Shown here piece after piece: positions 1 through 7,700 of a stretch of DNA of 48,067 nucleotides. The stretch is from the NCBI GenBank assembly GCA_947177795.1, contig CAMWVR010000005.1:1-48067 (forward strand), read 5' to 3'. The position numbers and the translations under genes were made by a program. The notes beneath the pieces were generated by a model. That model was not told where the DNA came from. It ran no database searches and saw nothing but the letters and a program-made list of their open reading frames with translations. Each line of letters opens with the position of its first letter. Within the stretch, counting starts at the first letter, position 1. Origin of the DNA: an uncultured Clostridia bacterium (GTDB taxonomy: Bacteria > Bacillota > Clostridia > Christensenellales > UBA3700).

Positions 1-228
1 CGTCAAACTCCGCTTTGCCTAAGTCACGTACGGCAAGTACGCTCCTGTCGTCAAATGCTCGCTTTCCTTGTCTTGCTCGCTTCTAACCGCCGAGGAATAA
101 AGTAAACAGTGTGTCGTGATACTTCGTCAAACTCCGCTTTGCCTAAGTCACGTACGGCAAGTACGCTCCTGTCGTCAAAGCTCGCTTTCCTTGTCTTGCT
201 CGCTTCTAGCACCGAGGTATAAAGTAAA
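1..228. repeat. Two tandem copies (period 124 bp) of a ~105-bp imperfect-hairpin repeat with a CGTAC-N5-GTACG core
   Basis: 1-106 and 125-228 are near-identical (cgtcaaactccgctttgcctaagtcacgtacggcaagtacgctcctgtcgtcaaa...). The core is shared with elements at 3365-3523 and 30738-30823. Confidence 0.9.
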
Positions 229-288
229 TAATTCGTCGGACATTGATTAACGCTTGAATAAAAAATATCAAAAAAATTAAAAAAACCG

Positions 289-317
289 TTGACAAACGGC
301 GTTGTATGGCGTAATAT
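289..317 (+). promoter_or_regulatory. Sigma-A promoter of the T-box/trpB2 unit
   Basis: TTGACA(289-294)-17 bp-TAATAT(312-317). Confidence 0.75.
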
Positions 318-344
318 GTAAATAACTTAATAGTGTTTACACAA

Positions 345-565
345 ACCGTTGAGAAAGAAGAGTACCTATCAAAGGAGAACTTTACAGAGAGTTGCAGGCG
401 GTGAGATGCAATGAGTTGTCGGATAGCGAATGGACTTTTGAGGGCAGAGTAATGTCTGACGGAATCCCCTCGTTAGTGGGAAGATGCGTGGTGGCGCATT
501 AGGGTGGCATAAAAACAAGACGCAACGGTCTTGTCCCAATTATCGGGGACAAGGCTTTTATTTTT
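345..565 (+). ncRNA. Trp-specific T-box riboswitch leader
   Basis: AGTA, AGAGA and GGTGA motifs in stem I; specifier GAA-TGG-A (UGG = Trp, 431-433); GGG-TGGC antiterminator (502-508, complementary to tRNA-Trp GCCA); terminator GTCTTGTCCC(528-537)/GGGACAAGGC(546-555) plus a T tract. Confidence 0.9.
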
Positions 566-592
566 GTAAAAAGTATATAGGAGGACGAAAAA

Positions 593-1963
593 ATGACAAA
601 AATACCGCACAGATTTTACTTGACAGAGGATCAGATGCCTACGCAATGGTATAATCTCAGAGCAGATATGAAAGACCAGCCGGATCCATTGCTCAATCCC
701 GCTACGGGCGAGCCTGTCGACGAGAAGGATCTGTATCCCATATTCTGCGAAAAACTTGCTCATCAAGAATTAGACTGCGAGACGAGATATATAGATATAC
801 CAGAAGAGATCTTGGATATGTACAAGATCTACAGACCGTCGCCCCTTTGCAGAGCTTACAATCTCGAGAAGGCTCTCGGCACTCCCGCAAAGATATATTA
901 TAAATTCGAGGGCAACAATACCTCGGGCAGTCACAAACTCAATTCGGCAATTGCTCAAGCGTATTACGCAAAAGAGCAAGGTTTGACTTCGCTCACCACG
1001 GAGACGGGAGCGGGACAATGGGGTACGGCTTTGTCGGAAGCGTGCTCGTATTTTGGACTTCCGCTCGATATATTTATGGTAAAAGTATCCTATGAGCAAA
1101 AGCCTTTCCGCAAGGCGGTAATGCAAGTTTTTGACGGCAACGTAATCCCGTCGCCGTCGACGACTACTCAAATAGGCAAAAAGATTTTGGCAGACAATCC
1201 CAACACTTCGGGATCGCTCGGTTGCGCAATATCCGAGGCTGTCGAAAAGGCTGTGAGCACCGAGGGATGCAGATACGTTCTCGGCAGCGTACTCAACCAA
1301 GTTTTGTTGCATCAATCTATCATAGGACTCGAGAGTAAAAAGGCAATGGAGATACTCGGCGAGTATCCCGACGTAGTAGTAGGTTGCGCAGGCGGCGGAT
1401 CCAACCTCGGCGGTCTTATCGCTGCCTTTATGCAAGATAAACTTCTCGGCAAAAAGAATACGAGATTCGTTGCGGTAGAGCCTGCTTCATGCCCTTCGTT
1501 TACGAGAGGTAAGTACGCTTACGATTACTGCGATACTGGCAAGATTACGCCGCTTGCAAAGATGTATACTCTCGGCAGCGGATTTATCCCGTCGGCAAAT
1601 CACGCAGGCGGTTTGAGATATCACGGAATGTCGCCGATACTGTCCAAACTCTATCACGACGGATATATGGAAGCCGTATCTTACGAGCAGACCAAAGTCT
1701 TTGAGGCGGCAGTACAGTTTGCAAAGTGCGAGACGATATTGCCGGCTCCGGAATCTGCGCATGCGATCAAAGGCGCAATCGACGAGGCTTTGAAGTGCAA
1801 AGAAAGCGGAGAAGCAAAGACGATACTCTTTGGATTGACGGGTACGGGCTATTTTGATATGAAAGCGTACTCCGAATATCTTGCGGGCAATATGACGGAT
1901 TATATTCCCTCAGACGCCGATTTGCAAAAAGGCTTTGATACCTTGCCGAATATCAATAAATAA
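593..1963 (+). CDS. trpB2: TrpB-like PLP-dependent enzyme (tryptophan synthase beta chain 2, TrpB2)
   Basis: GSHKLNSA PLP-lysine motif, TETGAGQWG, GGGSN, HAGGLRYHG, APESAHA; N-terminal WYNLRAD typical of TrpB2; RBS AGGAGG. Confidence 0.95.
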   Translation: MTKIPHRFYLTEDQMPTQWYNLRADMKDQPDPLLNPATGEPVDEKDLYPIFCEKLAHQELDCETRYIDIPEEILDMYKIYRPSPLCRAYNLEKALGTPAKIYYKFEGNNTSGSHKLNSAIAQAYYAKEQGLTSLTTETGAGQWGTALSEACSYFGLPLDIFMVKVSYEQKPFRKAVMQVFDGNVIPSPSTTTQIGKKILADNPNTSGSLGCAISEAVEKAVSTEGCRYVLGSVLNQVLLHQSIIGLESKKAMEILGEYPDVVVGCAGGGSNLGGLIAAFMQDKLLGKKNTRFVAVEPASCPSFTRGKYAYDYCDTGKITPLAKMYTLGSGFIPSANHAGGLRYHGMSPILSKLYHDGYMEAVSYEQTKVFEAAVQFAKCETILPAPESAHAIKGAIDEALKCKESGEAKTILFGLTGTGYFDMKAYSEYLAGNMTDYIPSDADLQKGFDTLPNINK

Positions 1964-1971
1964 TCAAAATT

Positions 1972-2000
1972 ACGGCGGTTGGCGACAACCGCCGTTTTTT
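1972..2000 (+). terminator. Rho-independent terminator
   Basis: ACGGCGGTT-ggcgac-AACCGCCGT followed by TTTTT. Confidence 0.85.
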
Positions 2001-2013
2001 AAAGGAGAGAGAA

Positions 2014-2337
2014 ATGCAAAAGTTTACGCCGCCCGATCATATCGGATTCGAGGCGCTTAAGTTGTTTGGAGAAAACGGCAAGATCATCGACGGCTCGCTT
2101 GCCTATATACAGCCAAGCGGAGGCGGACCGACGCAAGCGCATACGCACGTCCACGACCATTTGTTTGCCGTGTTAGAGGGCGAGGCAAAGATCTTGCTTG
2201 ATAAAGAATGCGTCGTGATCAAAAAAGGCGAGAGCTTTTTAGTCGACGGCGGAATTCCTCATTCTGTGTGGAATAATTGTCAAGACTTGACGGTGATGAT
2301 TGGAATAAACGTGAATAAATGTGTCAAGAGTGAGTAA
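2014..2337 (+). CDS. Cupin-domain protein
   Basis: HTHVHDH..VLEG and GESFLVDGGIPHSVWN cupin motifs; RBS AAGGAG. Confidence 0.85.
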   Translation: MQKFTPPDHIGFEALKLFGENGKIIDGSLAYIQPSGGGPTQAHTHVHDHLFAVLEGEAKILLDKECVVIKKGESFLVDGGIPHSVWNNCQDLTVMIGINVNKCVKSE

Positions 2338-2395
2338 AAATTATGAAAAATGTTTTACAGTTAACACATAATTTCCTAAAATTATTTAATATGTG

Positions 2396-2425
2396 TTGAC
2401 TACGTTGATTTGTTTAGGGTATAAT
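2396..2425 (+). promoter_or_regulatory. Sigma-A promoter
   Basis: TTGACT(2396-2401)-18 bp-TATAAT(2420-2425). It overlaps the track's ATG at 2424, so ATG 2439 is the preferred start. Confidence 0.6.
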
Positions 2426-2438
2426 GTACCCGAAATAT

Positions 2439-3116
2439 ATGAGAAGTTATAAAATAATTTCCGAGCTGTCCTCAAAACTTAAAAAAGTGTATAAGGTCGA
2501 AAGCGAAAATTCCGTCTTTATACTCAAAGAATACGAAAGCGTTGAGGACGCCGAGAAAGAAATGCAGATTGCCAAACAAGTAGCCCTGACAGGTTATGCA
2601 CCTAAGATAATAGACTATCAAGACGATTTGGTGTTGTATGAATATATCGAGGGCGAGAACTTTTGCGACGTATTCAGACAGGCTACGATGACCGACGACG
2701 TTGAAGCTATGGAACTTTTGGCGACAAGATTATCGATTTTTTTGCAAATCATATATTCGTTTACCGACAAAGTTATGAAAGATATCGACTTCAGCAATTA
2801 CGTCGTCAAGGACGGAAGAGTCGTGGGAGTCGACTTCTCAAAAGTGGATGAAGGTATGCCGTACGAAGACGTGGCAAGCGCAATAGCCTTTGCGTTGATG
2901 AACAGCGCCGGACAGTATTACGATTGTTATCCGTTTGTATATAAGTTGTTGTCTTGTTTCAAGCTTGAGATGATGGACGTCATCAACGAAGTTAAGGCAA
3001 GATTAAAACAACGGGCAAGTCAAGCAGGAGCATGGAATGATATCGACATCGATATGCTTGTAGACGGACTTGTCAATTTTGATAGGAAAGGTGTTGATTG
3101 GCGAAAGTTGATCTAA
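2439..3116 (+). CDS. Protein-kinase-like fold phosphotransferase (RIO/Bud32/APH-like), substrate unknown
   Basis: VYKV..FILKEY (ATP-site Lys), APKII..LYEYIEG, catalytic-loop-like KDIDFSN, GVDFS (DFG-like). Confidence 0.65.
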   Translation: MRSYKIISELSSKLKKVYKVESENSVFILKEYESVEDAEKEMQIAKQVALTGYAPKIIDYQDDLVLYEYIEGENFCDVFRQATMTDDVEAMELLATRLSIFLQIIYSFTDKVMKDIDFSNYVVKDGRVVGVDFSKVDEGMPYEDVASAIAFALMNSAGQYYDCYPFVYKLLSCFKLEMMDVINEVKARLKQRASQAGAWNDIDIDMLVDGLVNFDRKGVDWRKLI

Positions 3117-3141
3117 TATAAAATTTTAGGAGGTATGTATA

Positions 3142-3360
3142 ATGAAATTCGCAGAGAGATTGAAGGAGCAAAGACTTATCAACGGTTACAACCAAGAATA
3201 TTTGGCTAAGTACATGCAGGTATCTCAAGTGTCTATCAGCAATTGGGAGAGAGGCGTCAAAGAGCCTAGTTACCAAGCGTTGATAGATCTCAGCAACTTG
3301 TTTGGAAAGTCTACCGATTATATGTTGGGTCTCAAAGACGACGACAGCAAGAATATGTGA
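3142..3360 (+). CDS. XRE/Cro-C1 helix-turn-helix regulator
   Basis: RLKEQR..NQEYLAKYMQVSQVSISNWERGVKEPS..STDYMLG; RBS AGGAGG. Confidence 0.92.
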   Translation: MKFAERLKEQRLINGYNQEYLAKYMQVSQVSISNWERGVKEPSYQALIDLSNLFGKSTDYMLGLKDDDSKNM

Positions 3361-3364
3361 CAGT

Positions 3365-3523
3365 ATTCTGCGAGTAAGAAGGTGTCATAAGTTTTCGCGG
3401 CAATAATGCTTTCTATACATCTTCAAACTCGCTTGACGTACATAGAGTACGACTTCACTCGTTTTCATCGTAAAGAAAACATTCTTACTCGTGAAAACCT
3501 TAAGCCACTTCCTACTCGTAGAA
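3365..3523. repeat. ~160-bp nested palindromic (MITE/REPIN-like) element with an ACGTAC-N5-GTACG apex
   Basis: Outer arms attctgcgagtaagaaggtg / cacttcctactcgtagaat; inner arms gttttcgcggcaataatgctttct / agaaaacattcttactcgtgaaaac; homologous partial copy at 30738-30823. Confidence 0.7.
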
Positions 3524-3550
3524 TGGGAGTGGCTTTTTGTTTTAGCATTT
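3504..3550 (+). terminator. Terminator-like hairpin, copy 1 of a local duplication
   Basis: GCCACTTCC-tactcgtagaat-GGGAGTGGC-TTTTT. Confidence 0.75.
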
Positions 3551-3612
3551 AACTATCACTTATCTTGCTCAACGAGGTTATAGCAAAAACCAAAAAATTA
3601 ATTATAAATTAC

Positions 3613-3660
3613 GCCACTTCCTACTCGTAGAATGGAAGTGGTTTTTTGTTTATAGCATTT
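3613..3660 (+). terminator. Terminator-like hairpin, copy 2 of a local duplication
   Basis: GCCACTTCC-tactcgtagaat-GGAAGTGGT-TTTTT; direct repeat of 3504-3550. Confidence 0.7.
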
Positions 3661-4378
3661 ACCGATTATACATTGCTTTAGCTTCATGCGTCATATTGCC
3701 GTCTTCGTCGTAGACGACGAGCTTTTCGACGTTGAGGGAATGTTTGCCTTGCTTTTTGCAAGTGAGCACAAAGGTATCTGCCTTTTTGGATATTTTGGGG
3801 TATATCAGAGTCAAAGTCTTGGGAATGAGCTTGTTTTGAGAGCAATAAGTGATTGCTTCCGCCATACGGCTTGTCTTGTGGATGATATAGAATGCGCCGC
3901 CGAATTTGAGTATCTGCGATGCGCTTAGAATTATACCTTCGAGGTCGCACACGCTCTCGTGTCGAGAAAGCGCAATTTGCGGGCTTTCTCTTTTTTCGCC
4001 GCTGTCGGCGGAGAAGTACGGCGGATTGCAGACGACTACTTGCACACTTTCTTTGCCAAGCGTGGCGGGCGCGTCGGCGATATTTTTGTTGAGTATCGTT
4101 ATTTTGTCTTGCAGATTATTGAGCTCGACGTTCTTGACGGCGAGGTCGGCTACTTCTTTTTGGAGTTCTATGCCTATGACCTTTTCGCAAGGCGTCTTTG
4201 CGGTAAGCAACAGAGAAATCACGCCGTTGCCGCAGCCGAAATCCACTATCGTATCTCCTCGGCTGCATCTCACGGTGTTGGCAAGAAGCACGGCGTCGGA
4301 AGTGAAGCAATATCCGTCGGTGTATTGCAAGATTTTAAGTCCTTTGCATTGCAAATCGTCAAGTCTCAAATTGCTCAT
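3659..4378 (-). CDS. tRNA1(Val) A37 N6-methyltransferase family (YfiC/YabB/TrmN6)
   Basis: FTSDAVLLA, DFGCGNG SAM-binding motif, CNPPYF, SRHE. Confidence 0.9.
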   Translation of the reverse strand: MSNLRLDDLQCKGLKILQYTDGYCFTSDAVLLANTVRCSRGDTIVDFGCGNGVISLLLTAKTPCEKVIGIELQKEVADLAVKNVELNNLQDKITILNKNIADAPATLGKESVQVVVCNPPYFSADSGEKRESPQIALSRHESVCDLEGIILSASQILKFGGAFYIIHKTSRMAEAITYCSQNKLIPKTLTLIYPKISKKADTFVLTCKKQGKHSLNVEKLVVYDEDGNMTHEAKAMYNR

Positions 4379-4384
4379 ACAATG

Positions 4385-4414
4385 ATTTTACAATATATTT
4401 ATGATATTAGTCAA
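4385..4414 (-). promoter_or_regulatory. Sigma-A promoter giving a probably leaderless methyltransferase mRNA
   Basis: Minus strand TTGACT-18 bp-TAAAAT-6 nt-ATG, with no Shine-Dalgarno sequence. Confidence 0.55.
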
Positions 4415-4491
4415 AATAAAATTGTGATTTGTATTTACAAAATGTAAAAAATTGGATAGAATTATATTATCAACCAACAGGAGGTAGCGAT

Positions 4492-4647
4492 ATGAAATAC
4501 GTTTGCAGCGTTTGCGGATGGGAATATGACGAGGAAGTAGGCAGCGAAGAACTTGGTATAGCTCCCGGCACGAAGTGGGAAGACCTTGAAGACGATTTTT
4601 CTTGTCCGCTTTGCGGAGTGGGAAAAGACGACTTTTCTCAAGAGTAA
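4492..4647 (+). CDS. Rubredoxin
   Basis: MKYVCSVCGWEYD...PGTKWEDL..FSCPLCGVGKDDF; RBS AGGAGG before ATG 4492. Confidence 0.97.
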   Translation: MKYVCSVCGWEYDEEVGSEELGIAPGTKWEDLEDDFSCPLCGVGKDDFSQE

Positions 4648-4669
4648 AATTGCGCAGTGTCAATAATAC

Positions 4670-4704
4670 AAACGGGCGTATTCGATATTCGGATGCGCCC
4701 GTTT
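4670..4704 (+). terminator. Hairpin terminator
   Basis: AAACGGGCGTATTCG...CGGATGCGCCCGTTT. Confidence 0.7.
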
Positions 4705-4730
4705 AGTTGTCGCCAACCAAAATCATAAAC

Positions 4731-4759
4731 TTGACAACGCACTATACGGGTGCTAAAAT
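4731..4759 (+). promoter_or_regulatory. Sigma-A promoter (extended -10)
   Basis: TTGACA(4731-4736)-17 bp-TAAAAT(4754-4759), preceded by TG. Confidence 0.75.
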
Positions 4760-4796
4760 TATATGTAAGAGTTTTAATGCAAATCAAGGAAGAGTT

Positions 4797-7700
4797 ATGA
4801 AAGAAAAACTTGCAAAATTGACTGAATTATTGCTTGATACGGGCAAGCGCAACAATCTTATCAATTTCAGAGACAACAAGAGCAATACTCTCGAGGTCGT
4901 TTATCCCGACTTCGATACGCTTTTTCACAAGGCGGACGGCAACGTCGTGTTTGAGGTGTTCGACCCGCAAATCGACGTCGACGATTTTGATGACAGAATA
5001 AGCGAAGCGAAACTCAAAGAAAAGCTCAAAGATAAGTTTAAATACATAGACAATTATACCAAGAAGATAAAGAAAGCTAATCAGATACTCGTATACAACA
5101 AGGACGTTACGCCTATCAAGGCGTTGAGGGGTATCGAGAAGAGGGCGAGGATCGCCATTGAGGAGACGGGTGTCAATATTGCGCACATGGCGTTTGGTTT
5201 TGTCACGTGGCACGAAGACAACGATCCCAACGCGCTTTACGATGCGCCGATATTGCTCGTTCCCATAAGCCTTTCCAAGGCGTCAAGCGTCGACCCATAC
5301 CGCATCAAGGTAAACGGCGACGATATGATTCTCAATCCGACTTTTGCTTACAAGCTGCAAAGCGATTACAAGATCGAGTTGCCCGAGTACGACGACGAGG
5401 GTATCGACGGATATTTGCAAAAAATCGAGGAGCTTGTGAGTAAACTGCAATGGCAAGTGTGCAAGGTATGCAAGATAGGTCTTTTCTCTTTCCTTAAAAT
5501 CAATATGTATATGGACCTCAAGGACAACGCCGACGCAGTCTTACAAAACTCCAACGTGAGGTCGCTGTTGGGAGACGGGCGCGCCTCAGCATTCGGGCAA
5601 AAACTCAAAGAGGCGCAGTTCAACGTCGTCGACGCCGATTCTTCTCAGCTCAAAGCCGTGGAAATGGCCAAAGCGGGCGAGAGTTTCGTATTGCAAGGAC
5701 CGCCGGGAACGGGCAAGAGCCAGACTATCACAAATATCATCGCCGAGTGCATGGGCGACGGCAAGAAAGTGCTTTTCGTGTCCGAAAAACTTGCGGCTCT
5801 CGACGTGGTGTACAACAAACTTAAGCAAGCGGGACTTGAAGATTTTTGTTTGCAGTTGCACTCGCACAAGGCAAACAAGCGTGATTTCATACAGGAGTTG
5901 TGCCGAGTGATGCGGCTCAACAAGAGCGGAGTATCCTCAAAGGCTGTCGAAGAAGAGGACAGACTCAACAAGTCGCATATCATTCTCGACAATTACGTCG
6001 ACGTGTTGCACCGTCCCAACGACGTGATTGGCAAGTCGCTTTACGAGCTTGTCGAAGAGGTATGCGCATGCCAAAGTTCGACGAGGCTTGATTTCTTCGT
6101 CGACGGCATAGAGAGCAAAGGCGACGATTATATAAAGACTGCCGCAGACCTTTTGGACAATTATGCAGACTATACTTCGTCGGTGGGATATGATTACAAG
6201 TCCAATCCTTGGTACGGCTATATCAACGAAGACGGGTCTTATCAGCAAAAGTTCAAGACGAAATCGTCTTTGGAAAACCTTGTCAAAAAGCTCAAAAACT
6301 CAACTATACTTGCGCAAAAACTCTCCAAGGATTACGGCGTCAACGGCGCAATCAATCTCGAGCAACTCGGCTTATATTCAAAGCTGTTTGCATTGCTTGC
6401 AAGTTCACAATACGTCTCGGGAGAGTTGTTTGACAAAAGGACTTTTAGAGCGACGGCGGAGAGAGTCGTCAAATTGCGTCCGATAGCCGACCAAATAAAG
6501 AATCTTGAAGACGCCGTAAAGGCAAACTACGGTCAAGATATATTCAAGCTCGACGCTGCGCATGCCGACTCGGTTTTGCAAAAAAACAGCGGAGCATTCT
6601 CAAGACTTTTCTCAAAAGAATATAAGGGACTCTCTAGCGAGATAAAGAGATGCGCCAAAAACGGCAAAGTAAGCTATAAGGATGCGCTTGCGCTGACAAA
6701 GCTTTTGCTTGAATACAACGCAAAGGTCGCCGAGTTTGCGAAGTTGGAAGAGGGCGTAAAACAAAAGCTGTCTTCGCATTATGACGGCGTAAATTCCGAT
6801 TGGGATAGGCTTGACAAAGAACTCGCCGCTCTCAAGGAGTTGATTTCAAAGATAGAGGATTTCGGCAACCTTGCCGATATCTGCGCAGACGAATACGCTT
6901 ATGACAGAGAAGAGATGAGCGCTCTTGCCAAAGATATAGGCGCATTGATTGCAAGCGTCGAGAGCGAGGAAGCCGTCGAATATTTTGACAAAGATATATT
7001 CGATATTTTTACCGCTCCTTACGAAGACGCAGACAAAAAGCTGAACGGCTGTCTGTCAAACTTCGACGCGCTCGACAGTTGGATCAGGTTTATTGGCTTA
7101 CTTAAGGCAATGGAGAAAAATTGCTTGACTGCGTTTATCGACGTCGCCGTCAAAGAAGAGATATTGCCTCAAGACTTGAGCGAAGTATTCAAAAAGGTAT
7201 TCTACAGTCAATGGATTGATTTGATTATTCAAAGAGAAGAGTTTCTCAAAGTTTTGCCGAGAGTAGCTCACGACAAGACGGTCAATATCTTTTGTGAAAA
7301 GGACGTGCGAGGTTTTGAGATAAGCAAGGCTAAAATCAGAGCGGCGCTGTCGGCGTTGCGTCCCGACTTGAGTTTGGTTGCGCCGGGGAGCGCAGTTGCC
7401 AATCTTCTCAACGAGGGCGGCAAAAAGCGCAGACAAAAGCCGATCAGAACTTTGATGTCGCAGATAAGAGAACTTGCTCAAAATCTCAAACCTTGCTTCT
7501 TGATGTCGCCGCTCAGCGTAAGCACTTTCTTGACGCCCGACGTCAAGTTTGACTTGGTCGTATTCGACGAGGCGTCGCAGATATTCCCGCAAGACGCGAT
7601 AGGCGCTATATACAGAGCCAAGCAGCTTATCGTCGTGGGCGACAGCAAGCAGATGCCGCCGAGCAATTTCTTCACGTCTGTGGTAGATGTAGAGGATTAT

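Noticed and set aside
1-228. CRISPR array
   Set aside because: Units are ~105 bp of conserved sequence with no unique 30-40 bp spacers, and there are no cas genes.
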